Positions 1 through 10,474 of a stretch of 64,000 nt of DNA are shown in pieces. Below the pieces are notes generated by a model. That model saw nothing but the letters and a program-made list of their open reading frames with translations, was not told the DNA's origin and did not search any database. This DNA comes from an uncultured Phycisphaerales bacterium. GTDB taxonomy: Bacteria > Planctomycetota > Phycisphaerae > Sedimentisphaerales > Anaerobacaceae. The stretch covers positions 320,001 through 384,000 of the forward strand of contig CAVYYI010000004.1 in NCBI GenBank assembly GCA_963772725.1. The letters run 5' to 3'. The stretch's first letter is position 1. Each line of letters begins with the position of its first letter. The translations under genes and the position numbers were made by a program.

Positions 1-1044
1 GTCGATGCGGTCGAAAAGGCGGGGATAAAGGCGTTTGGGCCAAGTGGCGTCGCGGCGCAGCTCGAAGCGGATAAGGCGTTTGCCAAGCAGATGATGCGAG
101 CAAGCGCGATATCGACGGCTGAGGGGCAAGTCTTTGACAGGTTCAGTGACGCCAAAGCGTATATCGCCAGCAGGGATGAGGCGGTGGTTATAAAGGCCGC
201 GGGGCTGGCGATGGGTAAGGGCGTATTTGTGTGTGATGACCCGGCGGACGGGATTCTGGCGGCGGAAAAGATAATGGTCAATAGAATTTTCGGCGAGGCA
301 GGCAGCAAAATCGTTGTTGAGGATAAGCTTCTCGGCGAGGAGGCTTCGATACTGGCTTTTGTTGACGGTCATAATATTTATATGATGGAATCTTCGCAGG
401 ACCACAAGGCAATCGGCGATGGGGACACCGGCCCTAATACCGGCGGGATGGGTGCTTACAGCCCGGCGCCGGTGGTAACGGATGCGCTTACCAATCAAAT
501 CAGCAGGGAGATACTTGTACCTATTGTGGATGGAATGAATCGTAATGGCACGCCGTACAAGGGTGTGCTGTATGCGGGTGTAATGGTAACGGCGGGTGGG
601 CCGCGAGTCCTTGAGTTTAATGTCAGGTTCGGCGACCCGGAGACACAGCCGATATTGATGAGGCTTAAAAGTGATTTGCTTGAAGTGATGCTGGCGGTCT
701 GCGATGAGAAGCTCGATGAGGTAATGCTGAAATGGGACCCGCGGCCGGCGGTATGTGTGGTGATGGCTTCGGGTGGTTATCCCGGCGAGTATCAGAAGGG
801 CAAAAAAATAACCGGAATCGAAGATGCGGAAAAACTCGATAGTGTCAAAGTTTTTCACGCAGGGACGGCTATGAAAGACGGCGACCTCGTTACCGCGGGC
901 GGAAGAGTTCTCGGCGTAACAGCTATGGGCGATACAATCGCAGACGCCAAGAAGAGAGCCTACGAAGCGGTTGAAAAAATCAAGTTTGAAGGCGCTTATT
1001 ACCGCAGAGACATCGCCGATAAGGCGATTCGCAAGCAAAAATAG
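1..1044 (+). CDS. purD: Phosphoribosylamine--glycine ligase (GAR synthetase), 5'-truncated by the window edge
   Basis: Frame open from base 1; motifs GLAMGKGV, SQDHK, GPNTGGMGAYSP, LEFNVRFGDPETQ, VFHAGT, GGRVLGV, YYRRDIA. Confidence 0.97.
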   Translation, partial: VDAVEKAGIKAFGPSGVAAQLEADKAFAKQMMRASAISTAEGQVFDRFSDAKAYIASRDEAVVIKAAGLAMGKGVFVCDDPADGILAAEKIMVNRIFGEAGSKIVVEDKLLGEEASILAFVDGHNIYMMESSQDHKAIGDGDTGPNTGGMGAYSPAPVVTDALTNQISREILVPIVDGMNRNGTPYKGVLYAGVMVTAGGPRVLEFNVRFGDPETQPILMRLKSDLLEVMLAVCDEKLDEVMLKWDPRPAVCVVMASGGYPGEYQKGKKITGIEDAEKLDSVKVFHAGTAMKDGDLVTAGGRVLGVTAMGDTIADAKKRAYEAVEKIKFEGAYYRRDIADKAIRKQK

Positions 1045-1135
1045 TGGTTATCTTGTTGCAGAAAGCAGGGAAAACATAATTATTTTGAGTATAGAGGCTG
1101 TTGCATAAATATCTGCTCTTTAACCTGAACTTTGT

Positions 1136-2036
1136 TTAAGCTGTGATGCAAAGAAATTCTCTGGGCTGGTAGCTGACGTTTTCGATTTTGAGGCGCAGGC
1201 TTTTTCGGCAGTCTCGTATAGGCTACAAGACCGGCTATCAAATGTGCCAGAAAGTTGATCGGGCTGCGGTGACGTGAATGTTCGATCTGACAGACATTTT
1301 TGAGTGTGTCATTGACCGTTTCAATCAATGAACGCTTTCGCAGCAGGATTTTATCCTCCAACTCCATCAAACGGCATTTCATATTTGTGCGCATATTGGT
1401 TACCAGCTTAATTCCCTTGGCAAACAGTTTTTCAAACAGGCTCTGGCTGATGTAACCCTTGTCGCCAAATAGCTTTCCGAACAGGCCGTCGGCCATTGTC
1501 TCCACCGTGCTGCGATCATCGACATTACCTGCTGTCAGGCGGCAGCCCAATAAACCGCCGCGGTCATTAATGATCAGATGCAATTTAAAGCCAAAAAACC
1601 AGCCCATCGTTGTTTTACCTATTTGAGCAAGCCCGTCGAAAACACGGTTGCGGCTGATGCGTTTATTATGACAGACTTTAAGTGCGGTGCTGTCAATAAA
1701 AGAAATACCCGTGGGCTCATCCATGCCATCGGTTTGCAAATATACAAGCAGCGGGATTATTGCCCTTGGTATCAGATAAACAAAGCGGTCGTAGCTGACC
1801 ATATCGGGAAAATCATGGCGGTGATGGGCAAGAAGGTAGTGATAGAAATCCTTGAAAGTGCGATAGCCGCTGGTTTGGAAGGCAATAAGAATAGTCATGA
1901 TCTCGCTGGTACTTAAGTTGCCTTGCCTGTTGCGTTTACGCGTTCCATCTTCTATGAGGTGCTTTACATACATTTTTTCAAAAGCTTTCCAACAATCATC
2001 GACATTCACAAATAATGTGGTAAAATCCGCTGTCAT
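1136..2036 (-). CDS. IS982-family DDE transposase, with an apparent +1 frameshift near 1191
   Basis: Motifs FIDST, GWFFGFKLH, GDKGY, RKRSLIETVND, IEHSRHRS; removing one C near 1191 gives PALKIENVSYQPREFLCITA*, colinear with the copy 2 C-terminus and stopping 13 nt inside the element end as in copy 2. Confidence 0.9.
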
Positions 2037-2103
2037 ACGGCCTCCTTGCCTGCTTGGTTAATAATATTTACAAAACTATTATTTCCATCGGCAGGTTGGC
2101 CGT
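2037..2103 (-). promoter_or_regulatory. Long leader hairpin overlapping the transposase Shine-Dalgarno sequence (IS copy 1)
   Basis: Minus strand ACGGCC..TGCC..TGG.AATAATA-loop-TATTATT..CCA..GGCA-AGGA-GGCCGT-ATG; an equivalent structure is present in copy 2. Confidence 0.7.
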
Positions 2104-2164
2104 TTTTCTTGTATCCTTATCCAAAGTTCAGGTCTTTAACAAGTGATATAATTTAACCAATTAT

Positions 2165-2197
2165 AAAAAAAGGGCTGTGAATGAATCACAGCCCTTT
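2165..2197 (-). terminator. Intrinsic terminator of the PEP-CTERM gene
   Basis: Stem AAAGGGCTGTGA/TCACAGCCCTTT with 5-nt loop, followed by a U-tract on the minus strand. Confidence 0.85.
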
Positions 2198-2229
2198 AAT
2201 GTTTACTATTGCTAACGTAGCTTTGATAT

Positions 2230-3024
2230 TTATGCTCTGCGTTTTCTCAGTAGTACTAACGCACCAAGACTAAGCATACAAATCGTCGCTGGCTCTGGAA
2301 CCTTTACTTCAAAACGGCTTGTGCCGCTTGCTGAATCTGCCGCTGACAAAGTGAAGTTGAACTGAGACTGAATACTTGAAACGCTGCCGGGAATTGTTTC
2401 CCATGTACCACTCGCTAACGGCTTGCGTTCGCTGCTGGTGGCAGTATTATCCAATTCGACGCTGAAGCTGTTGGATAGATAGCCAAATAATGATGAACCA
2501 TTGTAAATCGCCTTATAACTCTTGCCGGGCGAATAGAGGCCTGTAACAGCCGCTCCGTCGCCATCGCCGGTTAATGTTAAACCAGCGGAGGCGTACGCAA
2601 GAGGATTATTCAATGTCGCAAAGGATACAACAGAGGAATTAAGCAGAAATGTTGTATCAGCACTGCCGGCGCTAACGGCAAAATTGAGCCGGACATACGG
2701 ATCGAAATCGACAAGCAGATCTAAGCTGTCAATAGTTGCCACAACAGTACTTCCATTCATAATCTCGTATCCAGTCAACGACCACTTATAAAATGGCAAT
2801 TGTGTTACTGGATCGAGGCCTGTCGTCCAATCATCTGCGAGAATCTGAATATCGAACGGCACTGTCGTACTGCCAACTACAACGCTGCCATTCACTGATG
2901 TATTTGTACCGGGATACTTTGGCAAGTGATTGTTCGCATCATCAGTACCCCATACAGAATAAGGCGACGCCACTGTAAAACACACAAAAGAAATGATTGA
3001 TAAAACTAATTTAACTTGCTTCAT
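2230..3024 (-). CDS. PEP-CTERM sorting-domain surface protein
   Basis: Signal peptide; Ser/Thr-rich beta body; C-terminal VPEPATICMLSLGALVLLRKRRA; RBS GGAGGAG upstream of ATG 3024. Confidence 0.93.
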   Translation of the reverse strand: MKQVKLVLSIISFVCFTVASPYSVWGTDDANNHLPKYPGTNTSVNGSVVVGSTTVPFDIQILADDWTTGLDPVTQLPFYKWSLTGYEIMNGSTVVATIDSLDLLVDFDPYVRLNFAVSAGSADTTFLLNSSVVSFATLNNPLAYASAGLTLTGDGDGAAVTGLYSPGKSYKAIYNGSSLFGYLSNSFSVELDNTATSSERKPLASGTWETIPGSVSSIQSQFNFTLSAADSASGTSRFEVKVPEPATICMLSLGALVLLRKRRA

Positions 3025-3114
3025 TTTCTTCTCCTCCAATATTTGTATATTCTTCTTGACCTTTCTCCCTTATCTTTTCTTTCAAGTACTACATAGACTT
3101 ACTTGAGTATCGCT

Positions 3115-3143
3115 ATTCTACTCACCATGATGCTATATGTCAA
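3115..3143 (-). promoter_or_regulatory. Sigma70-type promoter of the PEP-CTERM gene
   Basis: Minus strand TTGACA-N17-TAGAAT. Confidence 0.75.
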
Positions 3144-3146
3144 ATA

Positions 3147-3182
3147 AAAAATTACAAAAAATTTTAATTTTTTGTAATTTTT
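3147..3182. repeat. Perfect 17-bp AT-rich inverted repeat just upstream of the -35 box
   Basis: AAAAATTACAAAAAATT-tt-AATTTTTTGTAATTTTT. Confidence 0.8.
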
Positions 3183-3304
3183 CTTAACTTTTCCAGACGA
3201 TCGTTGTTTTTAGCCCAAAAACAACGTAATATTTGGAAAAAACACGGTTTTGCCTTTGGAGTATGAACCCTCTCCCATCCCCTTAGTAGCGTAGTGGAAT
3301 TAGA

Positions 3305-4672
3305 TTACCGGTTGTGTTTATGTTTAGCGATACCCGCAGAGGGTGTTCCAAAGCCTAAGGAAAATCTCGGGTCGAAGAAAAATCTCTCAACCGCGTTTAA
3401 TTTGTTTTTGAATGGCCATTCCTCGCGAATTAACTGGAAAAGCATTGAGGCGAAAAGGCAGATAATTGAGGCGAGGATGAAGACGCCGTGAAGCTGGTGG
3501 TCGGAGAATCTCGGCAGGTAAGGGCCGACAACGCCGCCCAGTAGTGATCCCAGTGCCATACAGGGCAGGTTTATGGCATAGAGATATGAGATGCTGGAGA
3601 CGCGGTTTGTTGGGCCAAGCGCACCCATGATGTAATTAAAGGTCGCCATCAGAAAACCACCCAGTGCGATTCCGCTGATAGCCTGAGTTATCATCAGCAG
3701 CCAGTAATTGTCAGTTACGACCCACAAAAGTCCAGGCATTGCGAGCATGATTGCTGAGAGCCGAACAGGTATGATATAACCGAAGCGGTCGCATATTCTG
3801 CCCCATGGCCCGGTGGCAAGAGCGGTCATTAGAATTGGCATAAGATAAAGCACGATATATTTACTGTAGCTGAGATGCAGGTCGTTGAGCATATAAATAG
3901 TGTAGAACGGCGAACTGAGATATATTCCAAGATTCATCAGCGACAGGCCTACGACGAATTTACCGAAAGAGGTGGTGAAATGCTCTTTGGCGAACTGGAG
4001 GAAGCCGGGTTCATTTCGCCGGGGCCGATTTATTATCGGCGGCTCGTGATAGTACAGCAGGCAGATGCTTGAGGCTGTCCTGGTTATAAAGCACAGTACC
4101 CAGATGCCGGTAAAGACAAGTATGGTTTTCGAGGTTATATGGTCGAGTGTATGAGCAGCGACAACGGCGATGATAAGTTGAGTAATAGTTATTATTCTGT
4201 TTCGCAGGGCGAAGTATTTGCCTCTTCTTCGGCGGGGGACGATATAGCTCATCCAGTCTATCCACGCTGAAATTGTGGACCCCCAGGCGATGAACGCGAT
4301 AGTCATGGCGGCGATGGAAGGCCAGATCGGATGCCCGGGAACGATATAATACACAAGGGCGAAAGGGACGAAAAATAAACCATGAAGTAATGAGCCGACG
4401 GTAACAATCATTTTGTAACCTTTGAGGCGGGCGAGCAAAGGAGGCGTAAGAAACTGGAAGAGGCCGGCTGCGAGTGTCGGCAGGCAAACACCGATGCCAA
4501 TTTGCAGGGGGGTTGCGCCCATCGCGTTAAGGTATGGAACATAAAAGGCCTGCTGCAGGCTGAAGATAAAAACAGCAAACGTACCCTCGACAACGGAGAC
4601 GCGCATTGTTTTATCTCTCAGTCTTCGCTCATCGTAAGCTGAATATCTGGTATTTATCTGGTTTGCAGGCAT
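3305..4672 (-). CDS. MFS transporter
   Basis: About 12 hydrophobic segments; motif-A-like WGRICDRFG; VPRRRRGKYFA loop. Confidence 0.85.
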   Translation of the reverse strand: MPANQINTRYSAYDERRLRDKTMRVSVVEGTFAVFIFSLQQAFYVPYLNAMGATPLQIGIGVCLPTLAAGLFQFLTPPLLARLKGYKMIVTVGSLLHGLFFVPFALVYYIVPGHPIWPSIAAMTIAFIAWGSTISAWIDWMSYIVPRRRRGKYFALRNRIITITQLIIAVVAAHTLDHITSKTILVFTGIWVLCFITRTASSICLLYYHEPPIINRPRRNEPGFLQFAKEHFTTSFGKFVVGLSLMNLGIYLSSPFYTIYMLNDLHLSYSKYIVLYLMPILMTALATGPWGRICDRFGYIIPVRLSAIMLAMPGLLWVVTDNYWLLMITQAISGIALGGFLMATFNYIMGALGPTNRVSSISYLYAINLPCMALGSLLGGVVGPYLPRFSDHQLHGVFILASIICLFASMLFQLIREEWPFKNKLNAVERFFFDPRFSLGFGTPSAGIAKHKHNR

Positions 4673-4736
4673 TGTAATGTTATACTCAGAATTGCCGCAG
4701 ATGCAATAGGGGTTTGCTCTAAATTTTGTTCGGACA

Positions 4737-5450
4737 TTATTTATACAGGCTCAGTTTTAGTTTAGTAACTGTCTGGTGGGCGATACGGGCCGGTTCAGGC
4801 AGGCGATAGCGGGTTGCGAAATACAGCACCCATTTTATCGCGTCGTTGAGGGTGCATAAATTTCCCGGTGAAATGAAAACGGGTTTTATTCTGTTCCTTG
4901 TTCTTACAACCGCGCCGATAATTTCATTTTTATCTTTCAGAATGCTGTATGCGCCTTTTGAGGCGGCGGGTTCTTCGAAGTCACCGATTAGCCTGCTTTT
5001 TGCGCAGCCGATAGTTGGTTTATTAAAGAACAGCCCCAAATGGGCGGCGATGCCGAGTCTGCGTGGATGCGCGATACCCTGGCCGTCGATTATGAATATG
5101 TCCGGCGTAATACAGAGTTTTTTGGCAGCGGCAAGACACGCGGGGGCTTCGCGAAACGAGAGCAGTCCCGGAATATAGGGGAATGTAATTTTTTGAATGG
5201 CGGTTGCGGTTTCGACCAGTTCGAGTGTTGATATGTCCAGGACGACAGCGGCAGCGACAATTTTTTTGCCGTCTTTGCTGAATGTGCAATCGAGACCAGC
5301 GACAAATTTTGGTGTGGTTTTTATCGGGGTGAATTTAACTTTGCCGGCGAGCTGTCTTTGTAAGTCGGCTGCCTGCATATAGGTGAGGTTCCACTTGTGC
5401 AGATTTTTAATTATCCATTTGCCGGAATTTTTTTGCATAGCAACAAACAT
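4737..5450 (-). CDS. nfi: Endonuclease V
   Basis: VAGLD, FPYIPGLLSFRE, DGQGIAHPRRLGIAAHLG, IGCAKSRL, RLPEP. Confidence 0.96.
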   Translation of the reverse strand: MFVAMQKNSGKWIIKNLHKWNLTYMQAADLQRQLAGKVKFTPIKTTPKFVAGLDCTFSKDGKKIVAAAVVLDISTLELVETATAIQKITFPYIPGLLSFREAPACLAAAKKLCITPDIFIIDGQGIAHPRRLGIAAHLGLFFNKPTIGCAKSRLIGDFEEPAASKGAYSILKDKNEIIGAVVRTRNRIKPVFISPGNLCTLNDAIKWVLYFATRYRLPEPARIAHQTVTKLKLSLYK

Positions 5451-5485
5451 TTTATCTTGTCGGTGCGGTATGTTACAATCATATT

Positions 5486-6739
5486 ATGGCAAATACGACT
5501 AAGTTTGATGTTATAGTTACAGGTGCCGGGCCTGCGGGTCTTATGGCGGCGATACAGGCGGGCAGAGCAGGGAGCAGGACGCTGCTTTTCGAAAAGAAAA
5601 ATCTGCCGGGGCGGAAATTGCTGATAACCGGCAACGGCAGGTGCAATTTTACCAATATGAAGCCGCTGCGTGAGTTTCTTGAATCATTCCGGCCTAACGG
5701 GCGGTTTCTTCGTTACACGTTTTCGCAGTTCTTTGCGCCTGAGCTTCTTGCCTTTTTTGAAGAACTTGGCGTGACTGCAGTTGTTGAGCAGGAGCGAAAA
5801 GTTTATCCTAAAAGCGGCAAGGCTAAGGACGTGCTTGAAGCGATGCTGAGGGCGATGGATAAAGCCGGCGTCGAATTACGTGTTGATTGTGCGATTGATA
5901 AACTGCTCACGCAAGGGGGGAAGATTGCCGGCGTGGAATTGCTATCGAAGAAGGTTCTTGATACTGATAATGTGATAATAGCGACAGGGGGGCTTTCGTA
6001 TCCGGCGACAGGCGCAACAGGGGATGGTTATCGGTTGGCAAAAGCGGCGGGGCATACAATTGTACCTACGGTGCCGAGTCTTGTGCCGCTGGTAACAGCG
6101 GGCGAAATCGCTCAGCGGCTTCAGGGTACCAGCCTGAGCGATGTCGGGATTAATCTGTGGGTTAACGGCAAAAAGTGTGCTTGTATTCGCGGCGAAATGC
6201 TGTTCACGCATTTCGGGCTTTCCGGGCCTGCGATATTTTCTCTGAGCAGAGATGCCGTTGGTGAACTCAATAATGCAAGTAAAGTGGCGGTTTCCATTGA
6301 TTTTAAGCCGGACATAGATAATAGTGAGCTTGATAAACTGCTGGTTACTGATTTTGGGCTGCGCAGCAAACAGCAGTTGAGTACTTACCTCAAAAGTTTT
6401 TTATCAAGAAGGCTGATTGATGTTTGCGCTGAATTAACGCGGATAGATGTGGAAAGGCTTTGTAACCAGGTCACATCGGAGGAACGCAGAAGATTGAGGA
6501 TGTGGCTGAAGGATTTTCGCTTTGATATAACGGGCCACCGGTCATTTAATGAGGCTATTATAACAGCCGGCGGTGTCGATACGAAAGAGGTCAATCCGCG
6601 AACGATGGAGTCGCGTATTGTTAAGGGGCTGTATTTCGCGGGGGAGGTACTGAATATTGATGGGGATACGGGCGGGTATAATCTGCAAGCGGCTTTTTCA
6701 ACGGGTTTTATAGCGGGGCAATGCGCCGCTGAGAAATAA
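5486..6739 (+). CDS. HI0933/YhiN/BaiN-family NAD(P)/FAD-dependent oxidoreductase
   Basis: GAGPAG, GRKLLITGNGRCNFTN, ATGGLSYP, LFTHFGLSGP, TAGGV, GGYNLQAAFSTG. Confidence 0.93.
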   Translation: MANTTKFDVIVTGAGPAGLMAAIQAGRAGSRTLLFEKKNLPGRKLLITGNGRCNFTNMKPLREFLESFRPNGRFLRYTFSQFFAPELLAFFEELGVTAVVEQERKVYPKSGKAKDVLEAMLRAMDKAGVELRVDCAIDKLLTQGGKIAGVELLSKKVLDTDNVIIATGGLSYPATGATGDGYRLAKAAGHTIVPTVPSLVPLVTAGEIAQRLQGTSLSDVGINLWVNGKKCACIRGEMLFTHFGLSGPAIFSLSRDAVGELNNASKVAVSIDFKPDIDNSELDKLLVTDFGLRSKQQLSTYLKSFLSRRLIDVCAELTRIDVERLCNQVTSEERRRLRMWLKDFRFDITGHRSFNEAIITAGGVDTKEVNPRTMESRIVKGLYFAGEVLNIDGDTGGYNLQAAFSTGFIAGQCAAEK

Positions 6740-6786
6740 TCCGATTACCTAAATCAAAACAGATAGCTCTGTTGCCGCTAATATTC

Positions 6787-6815
6787 TTGCAAAATTGGCG
6801 TCTTGAGGGTAAAGT
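6787..6815 (+). promoter_or_regulatory. Probable sigma70 promoter of tRNA-Ser
   Basis: TTGCAA-N17-TAAAGT about 30 nt upstream of the tRNA; the same -10 hexamer occurs upstream of mscS. Confidence 0.55.
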
Positions 6816-6846
6816 AATCGTGGTTTATCGAAATGTTTTCTAACAC

Positions 6847-6936
6847 GGAGAGGTGTCGGAGCGGCTGATCGAGCCGGTTTCGAAAACCGGTGTGCTCTTT
6901 ATTAGAGTACCGCGGGTTCGAATCCCGCCCTCTCCG
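6847..6936 (+). tRNA. tRNA-Ser(CGA), CCA not encoded
   Basis: Acceptor GGAGAGG/CCTCTCC plus discriminator G; anticodon arm CCGGT-TTCGAAA-ACCGG; long variable arm; GGTTCGAATCC T-arm. Confidence 0.97.
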
Positions 6937-7063
6937 TTGATTTTTGGGGTATCTTTTGTAAGCACTTGAATTTGCGATGGTTGCAGAATCGCTTTTGGGA
7001 GTTGCGGCCGGCCATCCTGATATTATAATATTTTTACTCTTGAATGTATCCATTAACCCCATT

Positions 7064-10000
7064 TTAATACTGGGCTTTGATAACGACCGGGCCAAGCAGT
7101 CCTGCCGGTTGCGGCTTCTGAGCCCTGATCGCAGGACTTGCAGTCCATGTAAGACGCTGTTCCTTGGGAAGCTTCTGGTCGGCAAGGAGACGATTAATCC
7201 AGGTGTTTACGACTTCAATCTCCAGCTTGTTGTTACCCGTTTTGATGGCTGAGGTTACTTCGATTCGCCACGGGCTGGTCCAAACCACACCAATATCAGT
7301 GCCGTTGAGATGTACCTGTGCCAGACTGCTGACCTCGCCCAATTCCATGTATATGTGTTGGCCAGACGTAAAGGCAGGCATATCAAATTCCTTAGTGTAG
7401 AACGCGCTGCCGCTGTAGTTGCGAATCTGTTCTTCTGGCCTTTTGAGCCAGTCCGTCAACTGTTCAAAGTTCACACTGGACTCCGGACCGCCCCAACGCG
7501 GATCGAACTTCACAGTCCACGGGCCTTTTAGCGGCCACTTCTTTCAGGGGTGGAAAGTTTCTGCCGCTGCCCTGCTTTTGGGTTGGCTGACGGAAGATTA
7601 CGAATAGCGACTGTCGTGGTGCAAACTCCAGCGGCACAATCGTCCGACCGTTTTCCTGCCGGAACTCCGGCAGGATTCGATGCTCGCTGGTTACTGCATC
7701 CCACAATTCAGGTTGCCGCCCCGCAACTCGGAATGACGGAGCGACTGATACCATCTGGTCCGCCTGGTTGGAGATGTAGTAAATCTCACCCTCAGGCGTA
7801 ATCCGGTGAATCCAAGGCAGAACAGCTCCATCCAGCCCTGTCCACAGCTTTGCCTGCACATTATTTAATCCGGTTATATCTGGTGAAACTTCCAGTCGAT
7901 TCATCGCATCTTGCACACTGATGCCCCAAAATACGCGGCCCTTGCCAAAATTTCCTTCGGTTGTTGTCTTGCCATCAACCTTGCCCCAAATCTTTTGAGC
8001 CATCTTTTGAACCTCAAGGTCAGCCTTGGGGTAATTTTGCATACTTGGTGAACGTTTCGGCGGCTGTCCCATCACCGCTCCGCCAGAAGCCACCAGGTCT
8101 CGCAGCTTCAGCAGCAACTCCGGCCGCATTGTTTCCAATGGCGGAAGCACAAGCAGCCGATAGGACATTCCATCCGGCAGGACAAAACGACCGTCCTTAA
8201 CCTGCAGACGCTCTCGAATTACTTCCCCATTTATGTAGTCGCAAGCATACCCCAGAGGCAATTCCGGCTGACGGATGCCGCTCATTTTAGGAGCATCTTC
8301 TCCGATGAAATAAGCCACGTCAGCCGCATAGTGTCCCTGCTGCAGCAAAAATTGACTGCGCCGGAAATAATCAGCCCAAGCCTTGCCTTTTTCAAACCAC
8401 GTGTTGTAGCGATTGAACTCCGTGCCAAACCACGAGTTCATCCCCGGTTTTTTATCATACGGCTGATGGACAACGAAGTGTAATACGTAATGGTTAACGC
8501 CGAGCGTATGCTGCAAATCGCCAGAGCTTTCAATGTCCAGGGGTACTGCATAAAACCATAGGAAGGTGTGCCGGTAAACGCTTCGGCAGATACAATCCGT
8601 TTGCCGTAAATATGCGCCGACGAAGCCGCCGCCAGAACCTCCATGTCCCCATGCTTGGGATTAATCCAGAATTCTCCGCCTACTCCATCTGCCTGCCCTC
8701 CACACTGCAAAAACTCTGCGGGATAGCCATAGTGACCGTAGGGTTCCAGCCACAGCTTGAACCCGTAACGATGTCCGATGTCACGGAAGCTTCCGTATGT
8801 GCGTGCCACCATGTCTGCTACCAGCCGCCGCATGTCCCACAAGAAGCGGTTGGACTGGTCAACGCTGCACACTAACCGCCCGGTCATTACCGCAAGCCAT
8901 AGGGCGCGGGTCATACCCGTACGCCTTTATAAACTCTTTTTCAAAACCGTCTGTCCAGTTTTCGGAACCTGTCTCATAGCTGTCGATAATAAAACCGCGT
9001 AATGCCGTTCGCTCTTTGGCGGGCATTCGCTCTACAAGTTTGCCGACGTAGGCATCGAAGTGCGATTGCATTGCCGCGGCACTCATTTTATCTACTTCCA
9101 GACCCGAGCCTTCACGAGAGGCAGGACGATTCTTCACACCTGTCGGCTTCATCACTGCCCTGACAATTATCCACTCGCCCTGAGGCACGTCCCACTTAAG
9201 CGTTCCATCCGGAGTCATTTTCCCGCTCAGGTTCACAATCTGCTCCGGCGCAATACTAAATTGAGATGATTCAGGCTCCAGCTCCCGGCAGATACAGATA
9301 ATAATCCCATGGCGGTTGGATGCCGGAAAACATTTTACCCATCTGTTTCTCAATATAGCGGTCAAGCCTTGCTGCCCCGGACAACTCTATCTCTGCTATC
9401 GCTACAATTTTCTGGTTCGTCTGCACCTTGAAGTTTTTCATAACCAATTGGAAGTGACGCGATGTCTGGGCAGTGAAAGCGGTTGCTACTGGTCCTCGCG
9501 GCATCGGTCCGGTTGACTCACTAAAATTCGCCCGTTCGAATTTGAATTTTTGTACACTGTGAAGATTCCCATCATTACCCTCAGCCAGCAACTCGCAATC
9601 GGCGTCGAATGCAGGTTTCATCCGGTCATGCTCCACTGCACGCGACGGTGGGCGAATTGTAAGACTGCGGGCGGTAAATGGCTGCGGCAGGGTAATATTT
9701 ATTACCACCTCAAACTTTTTGTCCGTCAACACTTGGATATTCGCTGCGGTCTCCTGTTTACCATCGACCAGCATTTGGGCGTTTTCCACGGCTGGCGAGC
9801 AGGTAATCGTCGGTAAGTGCAGGGAAACGGTATCAGTATCGCTCCGGGGTGCAGGAAATGCTATCACCGCCACATCCTGCACCAAGTCCTCCGGCACAGG
9901 CTTTTCCGGCGGTGAAATCCGCTCCGGTTCGGCCAGTTTCCCTTCGAATTTCGCCGAGCCTTTCACGCGACGCTCGGTACAATTAATATAACGCATCGAC

Positions 10001-10382
10001 TGTTCGGGCTTGACCCACGGCCCGCCAATTTGGCTCCACCCTGGACAATTGAACAGCGATATCTCTACGCCTATCCGTTTACCCTCGCGCACGGCGTGTT
10101 CAAGCATCCCGAAATATTCATCACTCAGGTCTTTCGAGCCGCGTTCGATGTCGCCGCGGTTAATGTCGCCGATCGAGCACGGCCAATACCAAATTGCTTC
10201 ATCGCTTCTATGTCTTTGGTGATGCCTTCCTTGGAGATGTGGCCGGAAAGCCAGTACCAATAGCACCATGGCTTTGTTTCCTCGGGCGGCGAAATAAAAT
10301 TCTTCTCCAAATCATCAGCTCTGACCGCCATTGCAATCAGCACATACAATAATAACATAAGGATTAGTGTCTTTTTATTCAT
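7064..10382 (-). CDS. GH106-family alpha-L-rhamnosidase-like glycoside hydrolase, split by about 5 frameshifts
   Basis: Colinear fragments: signal peptide + FISPP..KPWCYWYWLSGHISKEGITKDIEAM; GWSQIGGPWVKPEQSM; GLEVDKMS..DSYE..NWT; GEFW..AASSAHIYGK..AEAFT; DVAYFIGEDAP; C-terminal YSG..LG.V..GVVWTSPW..VNTW.NRL..GLLGPV. Confidence 0.85.
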
Positions 10383-10474
10383 AACTGGTCTCCTATGTTT
10401 ATATCCGGCTCTTGATTGAAAAAAACTGTTTTTTAAAATTCAAAAAACGCATTATACCGGATAAACAGTATGCA

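Larger units (their letters stand above)
1123..2133 (-). mobile_element. IS982-family insertion sequence, copy 1 (1011 bp)
   Basis: Terminal inverted repeats ACCTGAACTTTG (1123-1134) and CAAAGTTCAGGT (2122-2133); 5-bp target duplication CTTTA at 1118-1122 and 2134-2138; single DDE transposase. Confidence 0.93.

Noticed and set aside
1080..1135. C-terminal extension of transposase 1 beyond the IS end
   Set aside because: Explained by a single extra base near 1191; the corrected frame stops at 1136 like copy 2
6778..7185. 135-aa minus-strand ORF over the tRNA
   Set aside because: Antisense translation of tRNA-Ser (RRGRDSNPR is the typical artefact) and an off-frame part of the GH106 end
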